This document shows, in pieces, positions 48,964-60,968 of a DNA stretch of 64,000 bases (the first letter of the stretch is position 1; every line of letters begins with the position of its first letter). Source of the stretch: Macrostomum lignano (lineage: Eukaryota); NCBI GenBank assembly GCA_002269645.1, contig NIVC01003250.1, forward strand, positions 45,117 to 109,116, read 5' to 3'. The position numbers and the translations under genes are program-made. The notes below the pieces were generated by a model that did no database searches, was not told where the DNA came from, and worked only from the letters and a program-made list of their open reading frames with translations.

Positions 48964-51900
48964 TTAGTCAAGCAGGCCTTTCGACAGCAGGTCCAGCACA
49001 GCTCCGTTAGTCCAGCCGAAGCCAATCTGGCTGGCGTACTCGCCGCCCGAACCGGCGCCGCCGTCGGCCAGCCGACAATCGTATTTCTCGTGCATAACGC
49101 CGTCGCGCCGCCAGGCGGCCAGTCCGGCGCGCAGCCAGCCGGTTGCCAGGCGCCGCGCCAGCTGCCTCGCTCGCTTATTGCTCGTGTTGGCTAGTCCAGT
49201 CACCAGCATGTGCTGATAGGGCGGCCACACATTGGGAAAATCCCACTGCTGATGCGACTGGTTGCCGGACAGGGAGAAAGGCACGCCGGCAGGATAGACC
49301 AGGGCGCCGCTCTTGTCCAGATAATCTAACACCTGCGGCACCGTGGTCTCCGGACTGTGCGTGGAACCGGTGAACAGGGGCACCAGGTTTGACGCGTAGA
49401 ACCGGTTACTAACTGGCGCCTGTTTCTCCAGATGCCAGTCGAACCAACAGCCTGTGGCGTTGTTCCACAATACGTTGCGAATAGCGTTTATACGTATCTC
49501 GGCTGAATCAGCGTACAGGTGCATCTTGGCCTTGGGGTGGTTTTTGCATGGCTGCGCGTTCGTTTAATATGGATAAGTTAGCTCGAAGGTTGTAAAATGT
49601 AAACTATTGGCGAGAGTTAGCTATTAGCAACTAGGATAACGAAAATGTAGACGTAGGTACTATGGGTTGGCCATCTACCGCATAGCAACCAACCAGACGG
49701 TCACCAACCAATAACATAGCAACCAAATGATCACCAATCAATCGCATGGCAATCAATCAAATGATCACCAATCAATTGCATGGTAACCAACCAAATGATC
49801 ACCAATCAATTGCATGGTAACCAACCAAATGATCACCAATCAATTGCATGGTAACCAACCAAATGATCACCAATCAATTGCATGGTAACCAACCAAATGA
49901 TCACCAATCACGTAGCAACCAACCAAATGATCACCAATCAATCGCATAGCAGATCACCAATCAATCGCATAGCAACTAACCAAATGATCACCAATCGCGT
50001 AGCAACCAACTAAATGATCACCGACTGCATAGCAACCAACCAAATGATCACCGACTGCATAGCAACCAACCAAATGATCACCGACTGCATAGCAACCAAC
50101 CAAATGATCACCGACTGCATAGCAACCAACCAAATGATCATCGACTGCATAGCAACCAACCAAATGGTCACTAATTGCATAGCAACCAACCAAATGACTA
50201 CCAATCAATCGCGTAGTAACCAACCAAATGATCACCAATCACGTAGCAACCAACCAAATGATCACCAATCAATCGCATAGCAACTAACCAAATGATCACC
50301 AATCAATCGCATAGCAACTAACCAAATGATCACCAATCGCGTAGCAACCAACCAAAAGATCACCGACTGCATAGCAACCAACCAAATGATCACCGACTGC
50401 ATAGCAACCAACCAAATGATCACCGACTGCATAGCAACCAACCAAATGATCACCAATCAATCGCATAGCAACCAACCATAAAAAGCTGTAAAACAACTTC
50501 CTCATACCTTAAACCCAAGCAGGCCGGCCCACTCGCTGAGCAGCTGCTCATTCCTGTGCATAATAGCGTTGAGATCAACTGGCACAATATGGCTAGTCTC
50601 AACCGAGGCCAAACTATCTGGTTTGGCCATCCATCGGCTAGAGAAGTCTTGGCCAGACTCGCAGGCAGCGGCCAGCTCAGCGTATATGTGCTCAGGCTCA
50701 CCAGAACCAGACGCAGTTTCCCAATCCTCGCGATAAGACTCTGGCCTGGGTCGGGATGACTCAGTGGATCCATAGTGATTCATTGCATAAGAGTACTTAT
50801 AGTCAATTACCACAGTGGAGGTGCGCTCGCTCATCCACCAGTCATATTCGCGCTCAAGCAGGTGATAATTCTCGCGCAGGAAAGCCTGGTAGAGGGTATT
50901 GAAATAAGTTCAAGTCTAGATAACTAAAGTGGCTTGGAGGCATTTAGCCATTTGGAGGTACAAATTTGTTGCCAATGTACCCATATTATAAACTTCTTTT
51001 TTATTAGAGGTAAGGGGCTTTGCACATCTAGGTAAAATTTAAGCAACATTGTCACATAACTAGTGAGAGGCATTACTGCCCATTCCACTGAATCCCTTGA
51101 GCAGGCACACAAGTACGCAGATATATACACAGTGGTAGGCACAAATACACACTTACACAGGAGTGTACAATAACTTTGTTTATTATTAGACATGTGCATT
51201 TTTTCATTGTGTCTTGGGGGTTGGCCCTAAGCCAAGTTTCCAATTTAGCCACAAATAAATGTGACTACACTTGGAGTTGAGCCTAGAATGCTAGCTCATC
51301 AGAGTGCCATTGCTAGACCACTAGGCTATGCCCCCTACAAAGACTATTGTTAGCACTAAGATAAACAATATTGCTAGCTATGAAACTGTTTGATGCCTAT
51401 GCTAAGTATGCAAAAGTAGATATTGTCTAGGAAATATATAGTATATTAGGCCTATCCTATTAAATTTTATTGCTATAGATAAATGGCAGAAGGAATTATT
51501 TATAGGTATATTAAAATACAAAATGCTTTTTCACCTAGATTATAAAGCAATATGGCATTAAGTAAACCTTTAAAAAATAATATGAATATTAGCAAAAAGT
51601 AGAATAATAGAAAAAACAATAACATAAATAGTAGGTATAGATCTAGAAAATAAATAATTAATATATATTATAATATAAAATCATGAAAGGATAGGCCTAG
51701 TCTTTGTTTAATTTTTTAGGAAAAAATAAATGCTATAAGCCTTAAATTTTTTGCAATATTTATTTAGGTCTACATATTACTTCATTTATTTTATGCTTAT
51801 AAAACTAATAATATAGCCCATTATAAAATTAAAAATGGACTATCTAACTTATAAAATTACAACTATACTTATATTGATTTTTAATATATATTATATTAAA

Positions 51901-52735
51901 GCAATAGCAATTTATAAATAATAATATAACTTACCATATCATTTGTTGCTTTTAAATAGGTTTCAAACATTAGGCAGAGCATAGGAGGCTGGCTTCGGTT
52001 CAAACAATAAACTCGATTACAGTTTGGTATATATCCAAGCTGAGTAACAAAGGCCAACATAATGTTTAGTATTGATTTCATTGTTGAATGCATGCCTGAC
52101 ACTGCTAAGCCTTGCATAGTCCAATAGGTATCCCAATAAAAAAGCTCTCTGAACCTGCCTCCAGGCACAATAAACCAGTTTGAATCAGTACCACTTGGCA
52201 TTATAAGGCTTGATAAATGAGGAATAGAACTTGAACTTAGAATAGCTTCTTTAGCAAGTGAACGCCAAAGTTTATGTAAACTTTGAACCCAATTAGCCAT
52301 TGCTGGTTCTTTTGCCAATGACTCAACTAGTCTATTGATAGTATCTGGCTGCCAATCAGGTGGTACAACTGCTTTAACATCACTTCCTGCAGGCAAATAA
52401 TTGTCTTTAACAAACTTAGCTATGTCTTCTTTGTTAGATTTGGTACTTAGACCACGAAGCTCAAAGTCTTTAATCACTTCATCAATAGGATGCTTAAGCA
52501 CCATGTCCACAAACTGTTTACCATCAGGATATATGCGAGCACGTTGAACAACATCAAGAATAGGCCAATAAAAGTGAGAATTTAGTAAGTTTGCTGACAG
52601 GCTGAGATCGGCCATTTTAGGATGATTAGTGTTCCGATTAGCTCGAAGGTAAAAAAGCACAACTGCTAAACAGCTCCAAACTGTCACTAAGATTGTGCAA
52701 CGACGAGTTGGTCGCCTTCTTAAACAAGATTGCAT
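48964..52735 (-). CDS. TREH: Trehalase (GH37), 3 exons, with an N-terminal TM anchor
   Basis: Exons 52735-51935, 50885-50508 and ~49551 (or 49530)-48964, all phase 0. Motifs PGGRFRELFYWDTYW, RSQPP, RPRPESY, ESGQDFSSRW (catalytic Asp), VDLN, QQWDFPNVWPP, GGEYASQIGFGWTNG (catalytic Glu). Confidence 0.93.
49680..50478. repeat. 30-34-bp minisatellite ATGATCACCGACTGCATAGCAACCAACCAA in trehalase intron 2
   Basis: Directly visible. Confidence 0.94.
50997..51335 (-). mobile_element. Same SINE family, degenerate copy C in trehalase intron 1
   Basis: The reverse complement gives a head GGGGGCATAGCCTAGTGG..GGCTCAACTCC, body TGTACACTCCTGTGT..GCCTGCTCA.GG..GGAATGGGCAGTAATGCCTCTC and tail CCTCTAATAAAAAA. 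Confidence 0.8.
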
Positions 52736-53520
52736 TCGGTTTATTTGACACAAGTGAGGTCCTTGTATGATAGACGATAATATATCGACCTAGGCCTACA
52801 GCCGAGCCGCCTACTCTGACTCCGAGGTGAGCTTGTTAGTCTTGTAGTTGTAGGGCCTACGAGTGCTTTATTGTAATGACTAGTTAGTCAAGGTCCTGCT
52901 TTAGACGCCTTGTGCTAGATTGATTGACAAGATAGTGGTAATACTGTGACAATGTAAACGGTCGATAGGCCCGGAGTCTACTTTTTAGATAAGCTAAAGA
53001 ATTCACGTTTTACACTAAAAACTTAGTTGCCTCCAAAAATCTCTAAACAATATACAAAGTTTCGAATTCACCTTATATCAAGCACAAGGTGAAGTCGCTT
53101 TAGCTGCTAATTTGCTCGGATTTATCTAGGGTGTATATTTCAGGTTTAAATTTATGTCCAGGCTCACACGTGAACTCGCCCAATATACTTTTGATATTTG
53201 AATTACCGCTTGCTCCGAGTTGAAAATCACGATTTGTACATGCATTCTCTGTTTTAGCTGAACTTCTAACACTGATCTGAAATGAAGTTGAAGTTTTAAA
53301 ATCTTCGGATATTTTTGTAATATAAAAACGTTCTGTCAGGCGATCAGATACTGTATGCATAAAATTACGACATCTGTGGAAAGCCCATAATTTTTTGCAG
53401 TCGCGTTGCCATGGCGTGGGTCCCTTCTGATTGCGGCTCAGAACAAAATTAAAAAATGCTAAATACAGGTCAGCCCAAAACCTAACTCTGCCTGACCACC
53501 AGGATCCTACACAGAATCTC

Positions 53521-53870
53521 AGGGGGTTGTAGCCTAGTGGTTAGAGCGTCGAACTCACCACTGGAAAGTCGGGGGTTCGTTTCTTAACTCACTCGGAACA
53601 ATTTGTGTCATTGAGCAAGACACTTAACTCTGCATTGCTTCAGTTCACCCAGCTGTAAAATGGGTACCAGCATTAGCTGGGGTAATTGAGGGTGTGTGGC
53701 GACGGCCCCCCAGCAGTCCTTGGACTGAGAACAGCCGTACATGCACAGCCTTCAGATGCGCCGCGCAATAGCTGCGGCTGAGGCTGGTCGGTTGCACATC
53801 TACCCATCAGTCTAATAGTCCAATTGCTACCCATTAGGGTACGTGTGATAAATTATTATTAATATTATAT
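53521..53870 (+). mobile_element. tRNA-headed SINE with a CORE-like central domain
   Basis: A box TAGCCTAGTGG and B box GGTTCGTTTC. 53604-53668 TGTGTCATTGAGCAAGACACTTAACTCTGCATTGCTTCAGTTCACCCAGCTGTAAAATGGG resembles the MIR/CORE domain. ATT-rich tail. Confidence 0.75.
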
Positions 53871-54054
53871 TACGTATAGTACATGTTCAAATCTAGCTGT
53901 ATCTATAACGCTAATGCATATGAAGAAGTAGAATTAATAATTACTGTATATGATTTTACGGATAGATTATTTGATACTCTCCTTCAGCTCTAATAATGAG
54001 CAACATTACATGTAGCTAGAACAACGATCCGTGCAGCTTTCGAAGACTTTAAGC

Positions 54055-54500
54055 CAAGGGGTCGGCAAAACTTTTTGACTCAAAGGCCAGAAGATAGAGC
54101 TAGAACCTAAATCATGACTGAGGAGCTGAGGGGAGAGAGGCCAGAGGGAAATAGAGAAAAGAGTAAATATAGGAGAATGGAGAGGTGATGGAATATAGGA
54201 AAATAGAGGAGACGAGAGGAGAGGAGGGATTAAATCAAAGAAGGGAGGAATGAGGTGAAAGGAGAGAAGAGGAGAGAAAAGACGAGTAGAGAGGAGAAAT
54301 GAGAGAGGAGTGAAGGGGAGAGTAGAGAGGATAGCTTAAGAGGAGATCAGGAGAGGAGAGATCCAAGAGCTTAAGAATAGAAGAGAGAATCGAGAGGAGA
54401 GGAGAGAAGAGAAGGAGATGAGAGGGAGGAAAAAAGAGAGGAGAGAGGAGATTTAGAGAAGGGACTGAGAAGAGACATAAACCCTGAGTTTGCCAATCTA
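54055..54500. repeat. GA-rich polypurine tract with degenerate hAT/Charlie-like ends
   Basis: Purine tract at 54120-54480. The left end CAAGGGGTCGGCAAAACTTTTTG and right end AGTTTGCCAATC are only partly complementary. Confidence 0.4.
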
Positions 54501-56214
54501 CATGCACATGCAGATACATGCAGAATAAGCGCGGCCTAGCTGTGACACCCAGTCGCACCCTAAGACTATTTTTGTACATTACTTGCTGTCGTCATTGTCA
54601 TTGTTTTCGTTTTCTCGATGGTACACACAGAGGAGGGGGCTAATCTCTCTTTTACTACAGTCTAAACCCCGGTGGATTAAATAAACAATTTCATGCACAT
54701 AGCTAGGTATACCCATAGTCTATTTCAGCCTGTTTCTCAATCTCTAAAAGCTTTTTTTACCAATGCTCTTCTTTTGTTCGACCATGCTCCTCATTCGCCC
54801 ATGAGCTCACGTCATGCAGTCAACTGGAAATTGTAAGCCGATACGGTTGCATCTGGCAGAGACATTTTAGATTTCACGACAGTCTTTGCCAAGCACAAAC
54901 AAGATAAAAGAGCCAAGGGGGGGAGGAGAGAAGATCTTTGTGCCAACGGAGACTGTTGATGCCGAGCCGACGTGCAGCTGAGGGCATGGTTTTCAGTAGC
55001 CATTTGTCCGTGTATGCTATTTTCTCGTCCTATAGGAGAAGCGGCCGAGACAGGATTAGAGCTAACGGGGGAATTTTTCGCCAATACTCAGATTCGTATC
55101 AGCCTTTTTTCAGTGAAGTTTCCTGTCTTTGCCTTTGTATTTAGTATTGACTCATCTAAACAACTGAAGAGAATTGCGGTAAACTGATGTCACCAGAAGG
55201 TAGCGCTAATCATTCACCCGCAGACATTTTTATCCTGTTGGCTTGTCGCTTTTTGTGAACTTTTTCGACGCCACTGCCATCAAGACTCTCAAACAGTTCT
55301 ATGCCTATACCTCTTTGCTCCTATTCCAGTGAAGAACCGTTACAGGCGCGAGCCTTATGATGCCTCCCGAGACTCTAACACCGTTTATTAGTCTGATGCC
55401 AGCAAGTGAGGTGGCAGTCAAAATGCACCGTTGGTCTGACTGCTCTGCTCTTTTTAATTATTAGAAAATCCACTGAAGTTGCCTCGTACAGGTTGCTGGT
55501 AGGTCACCTTCGCTAAAATCATCTGTGACTGTCACAACAGAGCATGTTTTGTCTAGGAGACTTGACGTGTAGTACACTATTCCTTGACTCAGCAGGGTCC
55601 AGTCTGTGACAAAGATTTGACGCCAACTGAACGGTCATTGAACGGCCACTTGAAATGCAGTGCGTGAACAACTGTTCCCTATCCAAAGATGCCAGCCAAA
55701 GATCCTCGCCCGGCTAGCTTGGACAATTTTTACTAGCAGTGAGGTTTCGTGCTCATTTTTTTCTTTTGTTCAGATTGCAGCAATATTTTTTGCTTTTTAC
55801 GCTGACGGCATAAGGCCAGCAGCTGCAGGCTTCAGAGGCTTCGGAGGAATCAGAGGCTTCCTGACAACCGTAGATCACCGCCTCTAATTTATTGCCCTCT
55901 AATTCTTCAAGACTACCTTCTAGATTATCTTTGACCACAAATATCCATTTTCTTTCTCAACTATCATGTTAACTTTGGCTGTAACTTGATTTTAGACTGC
56001 TTTCTTGCTGAAGGAACTAGCCCAATAATTAAATGTCATTCTAAGCTTTGTTCCAAGCGTGTCAAAAAAAGTAGTCCTGGTCAGCGTCGAGTCACTTCCT
56101 TCGCTTCGTCGGGTTGGTTCCTTTTCGCTCGCCAAGCCTGCAGAGCCTTAAAATTAAGGGATCAAAAACACTAAACAGCTGCCAAGGACGCAAGCATAAG
56201 GGTATGTGGCACTA

Positions 56215-56487
56215 CGCGGGCGTCGCCACCGGGGGGGGGATATGGGGGACATGTCCCCCCAGTTAAAGCTATGGGGGACATGCCAATGCTTTGTCCCCCC
56301 ACCCCACATTGTGACTCGTTTTGGAAATCAATAATTTTGCTTTACGGCGCCAAAATGAGTGCCTGCGGCGCCAAAATGAGCGCTGGCGACACCGATTCTC
56401 AAAATAATGTACATGTAGGAATTTAGTCATGTACATGCAGAACTCTTGGCTGGGGGGACCACCATAAAATCCATGGCGACGCCCCTG
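56215..56487. mobile_element. hAT-type MITE
   Basis: TIR core GGGCGTCGCCA / TGGCGACGCCC(CTG), with an 8-bp TSD at 7/8 identity: TGGCACTA (56207-56214) and TGACACTA (56488-56495). Confidence 0.7.
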
Positions 56488-56799
56488 TGACACTATCACC
56501 AACTTTCTAATTGTCGGTGTTATATTTCTTGATATCTATACATTTTATAGGCTATCGCATAGCAGCGGTATGTGACCATAGCGAATGATTTTGAAATATA
56601 ATCTGTACTGTGCACAAATATAGACGCGATACATGTACATGTATCGATACTCAGTCAGCTTAATCGCTCAACAACCGGCCAAGTAGATCCGCGGGCCAAA
56701 GATTACTAAAATCAATATCCAACTGATCCAACTGTACATTGGGTGACAGAAATTCACGCACGCAAAGACTAGCCCGCCTACACCCTAGCCGCAACAACC

Positions 56800-58583
56800 G
56801 GGATATGCCGATATGCCGATATTCGGCGATATTCCGATATTCGGCGATATGCCGATGACCTGGCCACCTGGGCCAGTGTCAAGCGTGTTGGGGAAGCCGT
56901 TGAGCCCCAGCAGAGGGCGGCGGATGTTCTGCAAGCCTGGAATGAGGAGTGGTTACTTCCGGTCGCGGTGGACAAATGCTCGCTCTTTTCCAACGACCCA
57001 GCCCCCGCCCAGCCGGCCGAGCAGCCCGTGCAGGTAACGCTGATGGGCCAGGCTCTTAGATGGGAGGCTCAGCCAAAGTTTCTCGGACTAGTTTACGACC
57101 AAAGGCTTCGATTCATTGCCCACACTGACTATATAGTGCAGGCCTGCAGGAAGCGTATCAACCTACTCCGCAAGTTGGCCGGAAGCGCTTGGGGCTGGGA
57201 TCCGGACCTTCTTCGTATCACCTACATCGCCCTCATCCACGGTAAGATTGTGTACGGAGCCTGGACCCCGTGGATCGCGGATTCGGTCTGGCTTGGACGT
57301 TCTGCAATGCAGGGCGGAGCGTGTTACCACGGGCGCCTTCGCCACGACTCCGGTGGAAGCGCTGCGTTGCGAGAGCGGGCTCACCGACCTCCGCGCCTTG
57401 TGTGGGGCCATCTGGGGGGCCCGGCTGGACCGCTGGCTTCGGCTCCCCACCGGCTCCCCCAGGAGGACTCTAGCCGAGGAAGCACCGAGGCAGCGCTTGG
57501 TCCGGAAGGGATGGCGCGCTAAGGCCAGCACTTGCCTAGCGGCGGCCAGAATAGACATGATCATGCGCATTCCCGAAGCCAGTAGCAGAGCGCCCTGGAG
57601 CGACTGGCGCGCCAAGGCCAAGATCATGGTGAGCGCGGTGGACACCAGAAAATCCAGTGACGCGGGCAACCTGCAGCTCGCGAGGGAGCGCATCAGCGGC
57701 GTGCCAGGAGCCGGACATGACCATTTACACGGATGGATCGTTGCAGAAGCCGGGAGGCGGCAGCGGGGTGGTGATCTGGATGACTGACGAGTCGGGTGGG
57801 CTGAGCGCGGACCCTATCATCATCAAGGAACCGGCCAGCCTACCTGCCTCCTCGTTGCAAGCGGAGCTCAAGGCAATCATTAGCGAGCTGGAGTGGTTAC
57901 TGGCCCACGACCAGTGACGATCGGCTCTGTTGGTGTCTGACAGCAAGAGTGGGCTTATGGCCATCAAGGGCACAGGCGCAACCCATTGGCGCTTCTGGCC
58001 CAGCAGCAACTGGAAGATCTGTGTGCCCAGGGTAAGGAGGTGGCCCTGTGCTGGGTCTTAGCGCACTGCGGCCTTGCTGGCAACGAAGAAGCCGACGCGG
58101 CCGCGGCTGCTGCAGCCGCTCTAGCCCAGGGAGCACCGCAGTGCTGGCCAGCGTGGTCAGGCGGCGGCTGAATGCTCAGGCGAAGGATAAGGAACGCGAT
58201 TGCAACGATGGAGTCACGAACGCACGATACGAACGTATGGAAAAAAACGGCACTGCGAGGCACCCCAGGACTAAGGATCGGGCGGAAGGCGTTAGCTTCC
58301 GAAGGCTCCGCACCGGACACTCGCTGGAGCTGGAGGCCTATCAATGCAGGATCAGGAAGAGCGATAGGGACACCTGCCCGGCCTCCGGGGATGAGGCCGA
58401 GACCGTCGAGCACGTCATCTGCTCCTGTCCGGCCTCGGTGGGAATGCGCCGGCAGCATGGGGCGTCTGATTTGAGTTGGCTCAACGAAGACCCGGATACC
58501 GCCCTAGCGTACTGAGGCTGGTACCGATCCAGATGGAAAACGGATAAAACGTCTCAGCACTAATAACAACAACAACAGCAACG
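56800..58583 (+). mobile_element. 5'-truncated, frameshifted non-LTR retrotransposon (I group, Ingi-like): RT end, RNase H, CCHC
   Basis: YADD at 56848, PKFLGLVYD..LRKLAGSAWGW, RNase H motifs YTDGS / AELKAI / WVLAHCGLAGNEEAD, and LRTGH..CPAS..ETVEH..C. At least 4 frame changes and a premature TGA; ends in a (CAA)n tail. Confidence 0.88.
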
Positions 58584-59075
58584 AGGCCGCGGACGAAGTG
58601 GCCGGTGGCGCGACGGCGCTGCCGCAGGCGGAGGCCGGAGTGCTGGCGAGCGTTGTCCGCAGACGGCTGGAAGCCGTGGCGAAGGCGACAAGCCAGAACA
58701 GCAGGCACTGGTCGCACGAAAGATCGAAAGACACCTATGGCCACCTCGGTACGGCCAGGCACCCAGCCTACAAAACAGGGCGGAGGCGGTTAGCTTTATT
58801 CGATTCCGCACGGGCCACTCGCTGGAGCTGAGGGCCTACTGCCGGCGGATAGGCAGAACTACCGACGCAATGTGCCCGGCGTGCGGGACCGAAGAAGAAA
58901 CGGTCGAACATGTGAGCAGTCAGTGCCCGGCCACGGAGATCAGGCGAAGGCTGGATGGGCCCACGGAGCTGCACCACCTCAACGAGCATCCAGAGGAGGC
59001 GCTCCGGTACTGGGCCTGGTACCGTACCAAGTGGAAAGAGAACGATGCAAACTAGGATGTTCGCGCCTTCAGCGC

Positions 59076-59107
<32 letters not shown>

Positions 59108-59113
59108 GCAACG
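58584..59113 (+). mobile_element. Second, shorter 3' fragment of a related Ingi-like element
   Basis: Starts in the RNase H GNE.AD codons, then RTGHSLELRAY..CPACG..ETVEH...QCP, stop at 59053-59055, and a (CAA)n tail at ~59076-59106. Confidence 0.85.
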
Positions 59114-59234
59114 TCGCAACAACCACATCTCAGCACGCTCCACCACCCCACCAATGGCTACTCTCGAGTCTCGACTAACCATGGTCAACACTTGCGAGGC
59201 TCGCACAAACCGGTGGTTCAAATATATAATTAAA

Positions 59235-59460
59235 ACAGGAAAAATATTCGTTAGGGCTTTGGGCTCCATGGGAGCAACGCTTTCGGCGACATTGTCCCAC
59301 AACCAGCGCTGACGGAGCACATGCCAGCCCGCCAATACTGTACGCAGGCACGGTACACAGGGTGTACAGCGGCCCTTGGACTTTCTAATCGTCAAGCATG
59401 TACACTGCCTGTGTCTTGGGGGGACAACCCCCGCCCAATTCTTCATGCACCAGCCCTAAA
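59235..59460 (-). mobile_element. SINE-related fragment sharing the central hairpin core
   Basis: The reverse complement AGTGTACATGCTTGACGATTAGAAAGTCCAAGGGCCGCTGTACACCC..CTGCGTACAGTATTGGCG closely matches 24690-24785. Confidence 0.6.
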
Positions 59461-60367
59461 TGAATGTGTCCCGAATCGAAAAAGGGTCGATGTGTAGAGT
59501 CAGACGGTTTGATTATTTGCTCTGCTCTGTCCCTGCCTTGATGCATGCAGCTACCGTCAATCAATTTCTCTGGTGAATACTCCTAGAGAATACGTCGAGT
59601 CTGTATTGAAAAAGAAAACGTATTGCTGGTTTATATTGCGGCTTCAAACACAGTGCGTGCATGGAAGTGTCGCATTTTTCTACTCGGGAGTGGATGGGGT
59701 GACAAACTGTGGCAACTCAACGATGACGCTGTCCATTATTTATCATGGAGGCCTAAGCAGTTCTGCTGGCCAAATCATAATGATGGCAGCTTAGCTCTGT
59801 CCCTCCCTCTCTCTTGCTCACCGAGGGAATTCTATCTGCTTCTCCGGCGCTTCCCCGATTTGGGAATTGGAGTTGCAACGCTGGCTTGAGCTAATGAAAG
59901 TTTCAACAACCCGGGACGGCCTGAAATCCTCCTCCCCCGATCCCAGCAGCGCAGAAGTCACAAATCCCCCGCGAGACAAGGAGAGGATTAAGCGATTAGC
60001 AATCCATCAAGGCATTTCTCTATCTATGCACTGCGCTCGAATTGATGAAGTCAATGCATTCACCTCAATAATCTTTTAAGTTGGCTGGGGACAGGTGGAT
60101 AGGCGAGACTTTCGGATTATTTCGCGAGCCATTCTGAAAGCCGGATGACTCTTCGGAGCATTTTCGAATTGCCGTACCTGTCAGAGCATTTGGTCAGCAG
60201 TCAGAATAGCATGGAAAAGTTTTCCATAAAGCTGATGAAGCAAGACGCAAACTTGGAGATTGATTCTCGAGCATGATCGGATCGCTTTACTAATCCGAAC
60301 TCTCTTTGACGTCATCGGTTCGATCAATTGCATTGTCCTCAAAACAGTCACTCAATTTCTTTGTCAG

Positions 60368-60446
60368 GTTGGGTGTGAAAAAATAGTCGCAAAAATGTCT
60401 CACTGGTTGCCAAGGCCTATGTGGACGCAGCGCAAAGTTGTCACAG
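60368..60446 (+). other. Possible exon of a plus-strand gene continuing beyond the window
   Basis: ttctttgtcag|...|gtaaga flanks, with an ATG at 60395 (MSHWLPRPMWTQRKVVT). The window ends in an acceptor-like ttttaccttctctcaaatttgcag. No homology. Confidence 0.15.
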
Positions 60447-60719
60447 GTAAGAATTTTACTATCGAACGATGAATGATGAATCCATGGCGGGTGTGCTTAC
60501 TGTAACTCAATTTTAAAGCAGCTCAATGAGTGAACATGCAGAGTAGAGAAGACAAAGTAAGTCCGTGACGACAACAACTGAGTAAGGTTATTTCAAATAA
60601 GTAGAGCTGAGTTAATAAGGAGCTGACCTTGTTAAGGTAGATTTCAAAGCAAAGGGAAGGATACAAAGAGTACGGAAAGACGCAAAGACGGTCATAAATT
60701 AACACAGAATCATAGTTAG

Positions 60720-60968
<249 letters not shown>

